Below, piece by piece: positions 1 through 9,262 of a DNA stretch of 64,000 bases. The translations under genes were made by a program, and so were the position numbers. This DNA is from a virus. Positions within the stretch are counted from its first letter, which is position 1, and every line of letters starts with the position of its first letter. A model generated the notes under the pieces. It did not search any database and was not told the origin of the DNA. It was given only the letters and a program-made list of their open reading frames with translations. The DNA lies in IMG/VR virus record IMGVR_UViG_3300031419_000010, positions 32,001 through 96,000 of that record, one strand, 5' to 3'.

Positions 1-46
1 CCAGCAATTTGATTTGAGTGTCTTTGCAAGTTTCGGTGAACTTCAT
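1..46 (-). CDS. 5' end of hypothetical protein (MKFTETCKDTQIKLL...), runs off the window
   Basis: ATG at 46 (alternative 55) with AGGA upstream, directly below promoter copy 1. Confidence 0.5.
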   Translation of the reverse strand, partial: MKFTETCKDTQIKLL

Positions 47-79
47 TGTAGTCATCCTGTTTTGTTTGGGTGAGCTTTA

Positions 80-136
80 ATAGTGATAGAAACCGCCGGG
101 AATATCCAGCGGTATTTTGGACAATGTTTTGCAGAG
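80..136 (-). promoter_or_regulatory. Conserved phage promoter, copy 1
   Basis: minus strand CTCTGCAAAACATTGTCCAAAATACCGCTG + 21 nt + CACTAT. Confidence 0.8.
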
Positions 137-159
137 TTATTCTGCTATGGTTTAAATAA

Positions 160-522
160 TCAGATCAGTTTATCAAGTTCAGCGTCACGTTCGATTTGAC
201 GTTCACGTTCACCGCGCATACGCAGCCAGACAAATAATCCCCACAGCGGATAAGTGAACGGAAGCGGTAGAACAATCAAAAACCAAAACGGCAACACTGC
301 GATAAAAACAAGCAGCGATCTAATCGACATGCTCCAGCTTAATTCAAACAGCTTTTGCCAAAGCGCTTTATAGCAAGTTGGAATTGCGTCGCAAACTAAC
401 GCAACACAATCTAAATAGTTTGGCTTGTAAGATCCTGCGCGAACCGTTCCATAAGGATTGTGGAAAAACTGATAGATTGTTGCGCGGCGTTGAATTTCTT
501 CAATCGTGTTTTCGTTTTTCAT
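160..522 (-). CDS. Hypothetical membrane protein
   Basis: 120 aa ORF with a hydrophobic C-terminal segment; 4-nt overlap with upstream gene. Confidence 0.7.
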   Translation of the reverse strand: MKNENTIEEIQRRATIYQFFHNPYGTVRAGSYKPNYLDCVALVCDAIPTCYKALWQKLFELSWSMSIRSLLVFIAVLPFWFLIVLPLPFTYPLWGLFVWLRMRGERERQIERDAELDKLI

Positions 523-1163
523 TTGAAACCACCTGTATCACGCATATGGTTAACAACAGCAGCGCGGAGTTGTGAAAGATTAAGAGAAGTTGGCGACAAT
601 TTCGGAATATTGATCATCACATATTCTTCCAGTTCTTCCAACGCCCACGCATGAGGATTGTTTGCGTAAGCCAACGTAACATGCTCAATGCAAAGCAGGA
701 TCATTTTATCACGATCCACTGTGCTATCAGGAGCAACAAGTTTATTCGCCAAACAATAAGCATCCAGTTTGCTTGTGCTCCACGTCGCAGGATTACGTTC
801 ATCAAATGGCGCTGTTGTTCCGGTTTCGGCCAGGCGAACAATTTCTTCGTCGGACAGATTCAGGTCATCCAGAACACGGCTCAAACTTAAACGAGGCCAA
901 TTTTTGGTTGCTTTGGTTTGCAGAAATGCAAAGCTAGAATGATCGGGCTGAAATACAATATAACCACGCTGGCGCATTTCGTGCATAAATTCCAGCAGCG
1001 CATTGGGAGCAATAAATCCATCAGCGTAACCGAACGCCTCAGAAACATTTTTAACACTAATGAGGTGGCGAGATAAAGAATCTCTGCCTTTGGCTTCTTT
1101 AGCGTAACGTTCAAGATTCATAACGATGAGAGAAGCAACGGCAGCAGCAGAACGAATTTTCAT
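519..1163 (-). CDS. Hypothetical protein with two C-terminal HEH/SAP-like motifs
   Basis: GGAG RBS before ATG 1163; WSTSKLDAYCLANKL..DRDKMI and WALEELEEYV..LSQLRAAV. Confidence 0.7.
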   Translation of the reverse strand: MKIRSAAAVASLIVMNLERYAKEAKGRDSLSRHLISVKNVSEAFGYADGFIAPNALLEFMHEMRQRGYIVFQPDHSSFAFLQTKATKNWPRLSLSRVLDDLNLSDEEIVRLAETGTTAPFDERNPATWSTSKLDAYCLANKLVAPDSTVDRDKMILLCIEHVTLAYANNPHAWALEELEEYVMINIPKLSPTSLNLSQLRAAVVNHMRDTGGFK

Positions 1164-1247
1164 AAAAATATCTCCGGAATGTAAAATGGGCGACCCGATT
1201 AAGGCCACCCAACTTTAAGCGTTAAATAACAGTTTCGAACTTAGCGA

Positions 1248-1895
1248 TTACTTTTCGTTTTCGCCTTCTTCTTCCTCTGCGTATTCTTCGCCTTCTTCGC
1301 TTTCTTCATCAATGCCGTCGATCTCTTCTTCCTCTTCCTCAGAGAAAGTTGGCATTAACTGTTCAGACGACCAATCCAGATGATACTGCGCATCTACGCC
1401 GTTACGCTCTTTGATGATATTGAAGCGGAACACTTCTGTTTCATCTTTTGGCAGGCGATTGAAAACCCAAAACGGATAATCATGCTCCACCATAACCCAC
1501 GAACCAAACCGCTCAGTAAGATCGATTGATTCACCCATCGTCTGATTAATTAGATCAAAGATGCGAGAGCGGCGCGTGTTTTTCATTCCCATCAAAGCAA
1601 GTTCGACTTGCTTACGATTGATTTTGATCACAGGCGTTTGCGCTATCGGGTTATTTGCTTCTTCCTGCGCTTTGAACGTTTCGAGAATCATTTCAACCAA
1701 GTTGAAAATACGATCCTCATCGCGGAGTTTAGGAACCGTGTCAGTTTTTGCCACAGTACCAACCGGACGAACAGAAGCGGGGCCACGCGATTGCTTACGC
1801 TTTTTGTCTTTACGCTTAGCAGCAGAAATCGCGTCAAGTTCACGCTGAACAGATTTAGGAGGCGTGGTCTTAGTTGGCTTTTTAGAAGTAGTCAT
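1248..1895 (-). CDS. Hypothetical protein, basic N-terminus and acidic C-terminus (paralog family A)
   Basis: 215 aa; first gene after promoter copy 2; shares a core with 3381..4226. Confidence 0.75.
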   Translation of the reverse strand: MTTSKKPTKTTPPKSVQRELDAISAAKRKDKKRKQSRGPASVRPVGTVAKTDTVPKLRDEDRIFNLVEMILETFKAQEEANNPIAQTPVIKINRKQVELALMGMKNTRRSRIFDLINQTMGESIDLTERFGSWVMVEHDYPFWVFNRLPKDETEVFRFNIIKERNGVDAQYHLDWSSEQLMPTFSEEEEEEIDGIDEESEEGEEYAEEEEGENEK

Positions 1896-1993
1896 TTGTT
1901 GTTTCCTTTGTGGGATTTAAGATGAAAGCGCATAAGGTGAAAACCCCGTAAATCCGTATACGCTTGTTTAGGGCAGAGCGCCCTAGAGACTTA

Positions 1994-2050
1994 ATATTGC
2001 AAAATCTAGCGGCTAAAAACAACCGCTATTTTGGACACTGTTTTGCAGAG
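1994..2050 (-). promoter_or_regulatory. Conserved phage promoter, copy 2
   Basis: CTCTGCAAAACAGTGTCCAAAATAGCGGTT + 21 nt + CAATAT. Confidence 0.8.
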
Positions 2051-2051
2051 G

Positions 2052-2417
2052 TTATTCGCCGGATTCCTCTTCAATGTTCACGATAGAGATTTGCTTGTCG
2101 TCCAGCAGCACAGCTACGCTACCACTCATCAGGTCTTTGGCCTTATTCGCAAAGTCCGGATCGGCTTTTTCCAGAACATAGGTCACATCGCTGGTGCGGC
2201 CCAAACGCGCAAAGTCTTCAACGTCATGCGCAACATGAGCGCGGTAAATATACACGTTGCGGATCTTGTCACTGGCAACGATTGGTTCCCAAATCAGCGG
2301 AGGGCAAAACAGAATGTTCAGAAACTGCTTTGACTGTTCTTCGGTTCGCGCAAGTTCGCGATTCAAAGTTAACGTGTTCAGTTGGCTTGTACCAAAATGG
2401 AATTTAATCTCTTTCAT
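2052..2417 (-). CDS. Hypothetical protein
   Basis: 121 aa ORF with AGGAG RBS. Confidence 0.7.
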   Translation of the reverse strand: MKEIKFHFGTSQLNTLTLNRELARTEEQSKQFLNILFCPPLIWEPIVASDKIRNVYIYRAHVAHDVEDFARLGRTSDVTYVLEKADPDFANKAKDLMSGSVAVLLDDKQISIVNIEEESGE

Positions 2418-2444
2418 AACATTTACTCCTTGTCGGTTGATGAG

Positions 2445-2529
2445 AACTTTTTATATCGCCTCGCAAAGAAATATAAAAAGTTGGCCTAATAACGATTCAC
2501 GTTCCTTCGCAAAACTAATTATTAGGCCA
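2445..2529. repeat. Two abutting perfect inverted repeats (12 bp and 11 bp arms)
   Basis: AACTTTTTATAT 2445-2456 / ATATAAAAAGTT 2471-2482; TGGCCTAATAA 2482-2492 / TTATTAGGCCA 2519-2529; both loops contain TCGCAAA. Confidence 0.85.
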
Positions 2530-2564
2530 TGAGCAAATTGCCCTAAACGCACAAATCAAATTTG

Positions 2565-3368
2565 TTACTCGTCGTCTTCCTCTTCTTCCTCTTCCTCTTC
2601 GCGGTTAAAAGGAAGGTTGACTGTCTCTTCGATTGCGTCACCGTCAAATTCTTCGGTGAAGGTTTCTGCTTCACTTTCGAAATCAAAATCAGGCTCGTCA
2701 TCATCGAACGACAAAGATTCATCAACGCGCTTTTTATTTTCCATGTAGAAAATCGCGTCACTTGCCATGTTGGTTAACGTGGCATCGTTTTTCATATCAA
2801 GTTCAGCTTCGATAAAGCGCTGTTCCCACGTACGGCGCGGAACTTCCATAATCTGATCCGCATGGTCTTCTACTTCTTCGCCGCCCTGAATAGGCAGGCC
2901 AAGAAACTTAACCAGCGCACGGACGGAACTAAGTTCCACGTCGCAGATCATTTCATACAGCGATTGCTTTTCGATTTCGTCGCGCTGCTCAAGCAGGAAG
3001 TTTTCCAGCTTCGTGCTGTCCTGAATTTCAACTTTAGTTACTGCGCGGTTGTCCGGTTTGACTACGCAACGCAGAGCGATGAGCGGAACTTCTGCAAAGG
3101 ATTTGCCGATGTTCATCAAAATACACATATCAACAAAGCGCTCAGATTCGTGAACGGCATCACCTTGCACAACACAGCGCATCACAGCACGATCAAAAAT
3201 CTCTTCGCCATTAGAGCAAGTGATTTTGATTGGCAGTGCATCGCCATACATTTTCGCAACGGCCTGAGAAAGCAAAAGCCCCGGCACATGCGCAGCAAGA
3301 AGTTTGCCGTCGCGCAGGAAAGAAAACGTGATACCACCAAAGCCAGTTTTACGTTGTACGGTTAACAT
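2565..3368 (-). CDS. Hypothetical acidic protein with HEH-like motif
   Basis: GGAG RBS; poly-Glu C-terminus. Confidence 0.75.
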   Translation of the reverse strand: MLTVQRKTGFGGITFSFLRDGKLLAAHVPGLLLSQAVAKMYGDALPIKITCSNGEEIFDRAVMRCVVQGDAVHESERFVDMCILMNIGKSFAEVPLIALRCVVKPDNRAVTKVEIQDSTKLENFLLEQRDEIEKQSLYEMICDVELSSVRALVKFLGLPIQGGEEVEDHADQIMEVPRRTWEQRFIEAELDMKNDATLTNMASDAIFYMENKKRVDESLSFDDDEPDFDFESEAETFTEEFDGDAIEETVNLPFNREEEEEEEEDDE

Positions 3369-3380
3369 GATTATCTCCAA

Positions 3381-4226
3381 TTATTTAGACTGATTGATTA
3401 GGAATTCAAGCAAAGCTGCATCGGCATTGTTTCGAGCTTTCAAAGTTATGCCCATGTTTTCTGCCGCATCGACAACCGTTGGAAAATCCAGATACTCCAA
3501 GATCTCGTTTACGGCGTTTTGAACAGGGGCATCAACTTCACCAATGTTCAGAGTTTCAGCAAGTTCTTTAAGCGTGTCTATCGGCAACGAAAGCAGCAAG
3601 AATTTTAATTGCTGATATGTGCCAGAGGCTTCACGTCTTTCTTCCGGTGAAAGTTTTTCCGCTTTTACGCGGCGGCGCTTGTTGTCTAACAACGTTGCAG
3701 GCGCACGTTCTACAGCTTCATGCTGAACTTCTTCTTCCACTTGCTTTTTACTTTCTGTAGGTTTAACCACTTCCTTTTTATTCTTCGGTGGCGTTTCTTT
3801 TGCCTTCACAGGTTTTGCTACAATCGGTGCAGGCTTTTCTGTTTCACCAAAAGACTCGTCTCCGAGTTCAATCAAATTTCCCTTATACCCTTTTTCAGAA
3901 AAAGTAATTCCTACGATACTTGTTGCGCTATGAGGCAACTCAATCAAAGTAAAATCTGGAGCGTCGTGTTTTACCAGCGCCCAATCGCCGTGTATTGCGC
4001 GAAAGTTAAAATCGGCAAGAACGTTCTCAACTAACTTTGGCAGTTTGCGACGTGAAGTGTTTTCAATACTGCGGTGAAGATCAACAACAGAGATACGAAT
4101 AAAGTTGTCGTTAAACAACTCACCCTTTTCGTAAAGTCTACGGCGAGTCACTTCGTTTTCTTCGAAGATGCTTACCAGTGCTGAACGTACCGCTTCAAAA
4201 TCACTCTGACTATTTTCAGCAGACAT
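3381..4226 (-). CDS. Hypothetical protein (paralog family A) with C-terminal HEH-like motifs
   Basis: 281 aa; LPIDTLKELAETLNI motif. Confidence 0.75.
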   Translation of the reverse strand: MSAENSQSDFEAVRSALVSIFEENEVTRRRLYEKGELFNDNFIRISVVDLHRSIENTSRRKLPKLVENVLADFNFRAIHGDWALVKHDAPDFTLIELPHSATSIVGITFSEKGYKGNLIELGDESFGETEKPAPIVAKPVKAKETPPKNKKEVVKPTESKKQVEEEVQHEAVERAPATLLDNKRRRVKAEKLSPEERREASGTYQQLKFLLLSLPIDTLKELAETLNIGEVDAPVQNAVNEILEYLDFPTVVDAAENMGITLKARNNADAALLEFLINQSK

Positions 4227-4228
4227 AA

Positions 4229-4639
4229 TTAGGATTCCATTATTTCAAGAAACGAAAGTACAGGACTTTCAGGAATGAAAACTAACGTCGGGCCAGTTGG
4301 CAGATCCTTTTTCAAGGTGACGTGAGTCTTTAAAAAATTGGTTCCATCTGCAACCATCCAGCCGCCATAGAAGTTATGGAACTTTGGATAGGCCAGCAGT
4401 TCGACGATAGTTCCGATCACCTCAAGATACGAATACTCTTGAATGGTGTGCGCACCGAAAGGATGATCATCAGGCAACTGCGATTGATAGCCATGAATTT
4501 GCTCAAGCGGAACACTGAAAGCAATAGTGCCACGATCCTGCATAAAATGATCGACGCGTCCAAAAATATCATCAAGCGCCAACGCACACACTGCTTTGCA
4601 CACATTCTGATTTTGTTTGTTGCCGTTAAAAATCTGCAT
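4229..4639 (-). CDS. Hypothetical protein (distant family A)
   Basis: 136 aa; tightly packed in operon. Confidence 0.7.
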   Translation of the reverse strand: MQIFNGNKQNQNVCKAVCALALDDIFGRVDHFMQDRGTIAFSVPLEQIHGYQSQLPDDHPFGAHTIQEYSYLEVIGTIVELLAYPKFHNFYGGWMVADGTNFLKTHVTLKKDLPTGPTLVFIPESPVLSFLEIMES

Positions 4640-4648
4640 AAGGATTCC

Positions 4649-4831
4649 TTAGTGCGAAGTTTGTTTAACACGGTAACGAACAACCGTGCGCGATGTTGTT
4701 TCAATAACTGACTTAGAAAAATCAATGCCACGCATACGTGCAGCAAACTCGAAATCGTTTAAATCAATTCCCGTAGGAAACACAACCTTGCCAGCGGTCT
4801 GCAACTCAGCAAGTTTTTGTGCAATGCTCAT
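4649..4831 (-). CDS. Small hypothetical protein (MSIAQKLAELQ...)
   Basis: ATG 4831 with AAGG upstream. Confidence 0.55.
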   Translation of the reverse strand: MSIAQKLAELQTAGKVVFPTGIDLNDFEFAARMRGIDFSKSVIETTSRTVVRYRVKQTSH

Positions 4832-5438
4832 TAACGTATGCCTTCTTAAACTTTGGGTTGAAGACGTGCCAAGCAAACTTGCGCACATAATAAAGAACAG
4901 AATGCGAAGCGCTGAACACATCAACACGGAAACTTTCTGGAGCCATGTTATATTTAACTTTGCCCCAAACGATAGCGCTCACAATGTCTTCCAACATCAG
5001 TTCAGTTGTGAACATCGGAAGAATGGAACGCTCTAAAAAGATTCGCGCCGGACGAGAAATGCCAGAAAGAATGTTTTCACCGTCATGCGTTAAACGAATT
5101 GCATCAGCGAAATTAAACTCACCCGGTACGAAAAAGGGAATCCACTTTCCGGTCATTGAGATTTTGAAAGGGGAAATAATTGTTTTCAGGAAACTGTCAC
5201 TGTTGCGCAGATACTGACGCAAGAAATGCAGGCGCATGTTCTGTTCATCAATTCCCTGATAACCGTCAATCTCAACCGGAACTTTTACCATTGTCCACTT
5301 GTGCGAAAACAGATCCATATTCGAAGAGTAACCTTTCGAAATACGGAAATCTTTGCAGGTGCCTAACGCGACTTTCAGAACTTCGGATTGCAGAGCGATC
5401 AGGTTATTCAGGTCAACGGCGGTTTTGATAGCGAACAT
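4806..5438 (-). CDS. Hypothetical protein (paralog family B)
   Basis: 210 aa; AGGAG RBS; first gene after promoter copy 3. Confidence 0.75.
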   Translation of the reverse strand: MFAIKTAVDLNNLIALQSEVLKVALGTCKDFRISKGYSSNMDLFSHKWTMVKVPVEIDGYQGIDEQNMRLHFLRQYLRNSDSFLKTIISPFKISMTGKWIPFFVPGEFNFADAIRLTHDGENILSGISRPARIFLERSILPMFTTELMLEDIVSAIVWGKVKYNMAPESFRVDVFSASHSVLYYVRKFAWHVFNPKFKKAYVNEHCTKTC

Positions 5439-5493
5439 ATAGAACTCCTTTGCAGTCTATATTTGGGTTAAGTTGGATACTGCCTTCCTGTTT

Positions 5494-5550
5494 AGTTTAC
5501 CGAAAAGCAGTACCGAAAACCAGCGGTATTTTGGACACTTATTTGCAGAG
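5494..5550 (-). promoter_or_regulatory. Conserved phage promoter, copy 3
   Basis: CTCTGCAAATAAGTGTCCAAAATACCGCTG + 21 nt + TAAACT. Confidence 0.85.
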
Positions 5551-6153
5551 ATCGACCAGCTCCACAGTATAGAATCCGTCAACAGGTTCGTTTCTGCCGT
5601 CCTTGAATCGGGCAAAGAAAGGCAGCAGCTTGATTTCTTTGTTTAGCTGTTTTGCCAGCGCATCGGTAAACAACTTTTTACGTGCCAGCAGTTTTTGATA
5701 CGCAACTTCGTCGCCTTTCTCTTTGAAGTTGTGCAGACCGCGCTCCAGATTTTCCATGTGATTTGTGAAAAGCGAATACTCTAAATATTCGTCTGCGTTA
5801 GTCAGTGCTTCACAGTCACCGCCAAACTTTTCATAGAGCGCAGTAAAGAAACTGATTTTGCGATCAGCGCTATCGTCCATCTGACCGTAACTTGCTTTCG
5901 GATATTGATTGTGCGCCTGAACACCATCACATTCGAAAATAAAACCATCGTACTTTTTATCGTTCTCGTCGCCGTAATCACACGCAACTTTGTGGTGCTC
6001 TTTGCAAACGGCTTCGATAAATTTCACATCCACAATATCGACCGAAAGATCCGTTGTTGGATAAGAATGTGCTTTTTCGAGCGGAGTATTGCGGCCTTCA
6101 AATTTAAACTGAAAAGCAAAGAACACATATTTTTTGTCGAGTTCAAAACGCAT
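5539..6153 (-). CDS. Hypothetical protein
   Basis: 204 aa; its stop lies inside promoter copy 3. Confidence 0.75.
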   Translation of the reverse strand: MRFELDKKYVFFAFQFKFEGRNTPLEKAHSYPTTDLSVDIVDVKFIEAVCKEHHKVACDYGDENDKKYDGFIFECDGVQAHNQYPKASYGQMDDSADRKISFFTALYEKFGGDCEALTNADEYLEYSLFTNHMENLERGLHNFKEKGDEVAYQKLLARKKLFTDALAKQLNKEIKLLPFFARFKDGRNEPVDGFYTVELVDLCK

Positions 6154-6168
6154 GATAAAGTTTCCTGT

Positions 6169-6191
6169 AAGAGAAGCGCCCCGAAAGGCGC
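6169..6191 (-). terminator. Putative intrinsic terminator
   Basis: GCGCCT-TTCG-GGGCGC followed by TTCTCTT. Confidence 0.6.
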
Positions 6192-6197
6192 ATAAGA

Positions 6198-6599
6198 TTA
6201 TTTAGTCCAGTTGTAGTTTTGCAGTGCTGCGCGAATAACGCGGCTGCGAATGTCTGCCTGCGCTTTGCGTCCGTACGCTTTCCACAGCGAAGGCTTAACG
6301 GTTGTGTAATCCGTCATGCCGTCATTGAACAGTTGCATGTTTTCCTGCGCCTGACGAACCACCACAGCAACCAGACGCTTGATTGATTTGTTCAGCGTGG
6401 CTTTGATTTTCAGATTGCCTTTGTCGCTGGTACGAACCACAACACGCAAAAGCTGTTCGCTGCTTACAGGCAGAACAACCGGATAATCTTTCTCTTTCAA
6501 AGTCAGTTTAACTTTGGTTGTTTCCACGGACTGAGAAATATTCATCAAGCCGGTAATTGAGCGTTGCAGAAGAACATCATAAACAGATTTCTTACTCAT
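6198..6599 (-). CDS. Hypothetical basic protein
   Basis: 133 aa ORF. Confidence 0.7.
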   Translation of the reverse strand: MSKKSVYDVLLQRSITGLMNISQSVETTKVKLTLKEKDYPVVLPVSSEQLLRVVVRTSDKGNLKIKATLNKSIKRLVAVVVRQAQENMQLFNDGMTDYTTVKPSLWKAYGRKAQADIRSRVIRAALQNYNWTK

Positions 6600-6607
6600 A
6601 GTCGCCT

Positions 6608-6814
6608 TTAAACCTTTGTCACTTTCGGGTTAAGATTGAAATTCTTTTGAACATACAAAGCGCCTTTACCTGCGGCAACTTTGAATTCCAGTACCTGACC
6701 GGAATCTTCAAAAGGATGTACGCCCTGCGGAAGATCGGTAACGATGATAACTTTATCCGGGCCGTCACCTGTCAGAACTTCAACGCGTTTGATTCTCAGA
6801 TTAAAGTTTTCCAT
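6608..6814 (-). CDS. Hypothetical protein
   Basis: 68 aa; GAGG RBS. Confidence 0.65.
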   Translation of the reverse strand: MENFNLRIKRVEVLTGDGPDKVIIVTDLPQGVHPFEDSGQVLEFKVAAGKGALYVQKNFNLNPKVTKV

Positions 6815-6816
6815 CG

Positions 6817-7275
6817 TTAGTCCTCAAGTTCGATACTGACCAGACAGACAAAGAAATCATCACAAGGCAGCACAACAAAGTTGACGACGCTTAACATGCT
6901 GTCTGCGCCTGCTTTGAAACTTGCCACGTAACAATCAGTGTCTGAGGTATTTGTTTGCTGCATGAAAATTTCTTTCAACAGCATTTTGTATTCGGGATCT
7001 TTCGGCGTAAATTCCTCACGCGTGTAGCCAAGCATTTCCAGCAGGACGCGAGTCTTGACGCGATAGCCGCCTTTCGAAAGCGCATACACAAACTTGATCG
7101 GAAGATGCGTTTTGTTTGTGCCGTGAATTTCGTTGTAGCGCAAAACAAAACCGCTTTCTACCTGACGAAAGAAACGCTCAGTGCCGACCCACAGTTTATG
7201 TTGAAGCCTGACAGGACGTGTGCGCAACTCGTGTCCGTTGACTTGCATAGCGCCGGAATTAATATCGAGTTTCAT
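6817..7275 (-). CDS. Hypothetical protein
   Basis: start MKLDINSG with AAGGGG RBS. Confidence 0.65.
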   Translation of the reverse strand: MKLDINSGAMQVNGHELRTRPVRLQHKLWVGTERFFRQVESGFVLRYNEIHGTNKTHLPIKFVYALSKGGYRVKTRVLLEMLGYTREEFTPKDPEYKMLLKEIFMQQTNTSDTDCYVASFKAGADSMLSVVNFVVLPCDDFFVCLVSIELED

Positions 7276-7825
7276 TCGGTTCCCCTTTAGGCTGGATAGG
7301 CCAGCTTTTTCTGTTTCGTTTTGCCCGGAGAGTTTTGTACCACGCGCCCTCAATATGTCCTGAGAACTTTCCAACAGGTTCGTTTTCCATTTGGTGAAGC
7401 CCGATCAGAGAGGCACACAAATGGTTTGAATCAAACCCAACAAATCGACACGCTTTATCAATCATGGTGCGATAGTTGTCATTCAAACGAATGATAATGG
7501 TGCCTGACTTGAGATCAAGTTTCGAATAAAAAGGAGTAAGAGAATGCGAGTAGACCGGAACACAAAAAGGCAAAACGCCGCGCTGGTATTTACCAGTTGA
7601 AGTAACCACCATCTGCGAAAAGAAGTGCAGATGTTCAAAGTAGTTTTTCATCACGACGTTTTCAAAGTAGTTGCCGCCTTTGTTATGCACGTTAACTTTA
7701 ATCAGGAACACGCGGTAATTCACCGGACGATGATTAAGCATATTGCGCTCAATTGCGAAACTACAAAGTTCGTTCTGCAATTTGGCGACTTGCTCAATGT
7801 CTTTCAGAGAATCAATTCGGAACAT
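7259..7825 (-). CDS. Hypothetical protein (paralog family B)
   Basis: aligns by eye with 4806..5438. Confidence 0.7.
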   Translation of the reverse strand: MFRIDSLKDIEQVAKLQNELCSFAIERNMLNHRPVNYRVFLIKVNVHNKGGNYFENVVMKNYFEHLHFFSQMVVTSTGKYQRGVLPFCVPVYSHSLTPFYSKLDLKSGTIIIRLNDNYRTMIDKACRFVGFDSNHLCASLIGLHQMENEPVGKFSGHIEGAWYKTLRAKRNRKSWPIQPKGEPNETRY

Positions 7826-7843
7826 AATACCGTCCTTTGAGGT

Positions 7844-8530
7844 TTAGCGAATGCTATGGATGTAATCCAGCATTTCACTTTTATGCGAGATAATGTATCG
7901 ATCAAAAAGTTTCTTTGCCTGCGGCGTATTGAATTGCAGCGCACGTAAGAAATCAATTCGGTCATACACAAAGTTAATCAGACTGTCACCTGACTTGTAC
8001 TGCGGCATTTGCTTTATAAGTTCGCCCCGCAAACCCTCAACAATTGTCACAGCGCGGCCAGGCATAACGCCCCACAGAATATCAGAGTCACGCAGAACTT
8101 TTTCATAAACCGTTTCAGGCTTACGCTTTTCAGTATACGGATACTCAGTTATATAAATCAGCTTTTCAATTTCAGGAAGAAGCCGTTTAAAATCTGAATC
8201 CGGTTTCGAGGCCCACGTCCAATCGCGAAGTGCTGCAATCGCATTTTGAATGTTCACGTAATCTTCGTATTCGCCTAGTGTGTGATCCATATCATGAATC
8301 AACGCAGCAGCAAGCAAACAGAAAACTTCGTCACGGTTTTGTTGCGCCTCTTCTGGAAGCAGAGACATACACAGCAGCGCCACGCCATCCATGTGAAGAT
8401 TGGAATGATAAAATGCGGTGCTGCGAACAACGTTGTTTTTCTGAATCCATTCGCGGTACTCAACTAAATTGTACTCGCTACAAAAACCGTTTAGTCTTGC
8501 CTCAAACTCTACACCTGTTAAGAGTTCCAT
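7844..8530 (-). CDS. HD-domain phosphohydrolase, class I PDE-like motif spacing
   Basis: YHSNLH ... AALIHDMDH ... LRDSD metal-binding motifs. Confidence 0.8.
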   Translation of the reverse strand: MELLTGVEFEARLNGFCSEYNLVEYREWIQKNNVVRSTAFYHSNLHMDGVALLCMSLLPEEAQQNRDEVFCLLAAALIHDMDHTLGEYEDYVNIQNAIAALRDWTWASKPDSDFKRLLPEIEKLIYITEYPYTEKRKPETVYEKVLRDSDILWGVMPGRAVTIVEGLRGELIKQMPQYKSGDSLINFVYDRIDFLRALQFNTPQAKKLFDRYIISHKSEMLDYIHSIR

Positions 8531-8572
8531 TTTATTCTCCTAGCAGTGAGACTCTTTACTGCTCACCGCCGA

Positions 8573-8713
8573 TCACTTTTTATGATCGAGACTGCTTGCC
8601 TTCCCTTGCCAGCCTTCCCACATTGCTTCGCGAATAACAAAGATCATTTCTTTGCCGAGTTTCTTTTCCATGTTTTCCGCGAACCATTTTTCAAATTCTT
8701 CCCGCTCTGTCAT
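8573..8713 (-). CDS. Small hypothetical protein, 46 aa (MTEREEFEKWF...), not in ORF track
   Basis: AAGGAG RBS; fills the gap. Confidence 0.6.
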   Translation of the reverse strand: MTEREEFEKWFAENMEKKLGKEMIFVIREAMWEGWQGKASSLDHKK

Positions 8714-8723
8714 TTTAATCTCC

Positions 8724-9251
8724 TTATGCAGCAGTTGGAAAAATATAACGCCACATATTAACTACAATGTTTGCGTCAGATTTCTTTTTGCGATGAATTA
8801 CAACAGGTGCATTTCCTGCAAAGAAGCCGCGCAAAATACCCGCGCTAACTTCTTCGATATGCAGGCGCTCATAAGCCTCTGGCGCACCGGAGCCGATTTC
8901 GTCCAACGTGCTTACATGCAGCGGAACACGTTTCAGATAATACTCCAGCACTTCCAGAAATTGCGGAGTAAGTGCAATGTTGCTTTCTCCACTTTCGAAA
9001 ACGTAATCTCTGACTGTCTCTGTGTTTGAAACAGGAATGATCAGCGGAAGCGCATCAACAGGACGCGTATTCGCGTACTTGTCGTAAAGAGAAAATACAT
9101 GCGGAAAACGATACTGAATTTCAGTACAGAAATCGACGACAGTTTCTTGCTCAATATCTTTCACGATTAACGACAGTAGTGCAAATTCTTGAGTCGGAGC
9201 GAAAGGCTTTAACAGTTCGATTTGCAAATCAAGTAAAGCGTTTACGTTCAT
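8724..9251 (-). CDS. Hypothetical protein (possible distant family B)
   Basis: 175 aa; N-terminal LLDLQIELLK. Confidence 0.7.
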   Translation of the reverse strand: MNVNALLDLQIELLKPFAPTQEFALLSLIVKDIEQETVVDFCTEIQYRFPHVFSLYDKYANTRPVDALPLIIPVSNTETVRDYVFESGESNIALTPQFLEVLEYYLKRVPLHVSTLDEIGSGAPEAYERLHIEEVSAGILRGFFAGNAPVVIHRKKKSDANIVVNMWRYIFPTAA

Positions 9252-9262
9252 AATTCAATTCC

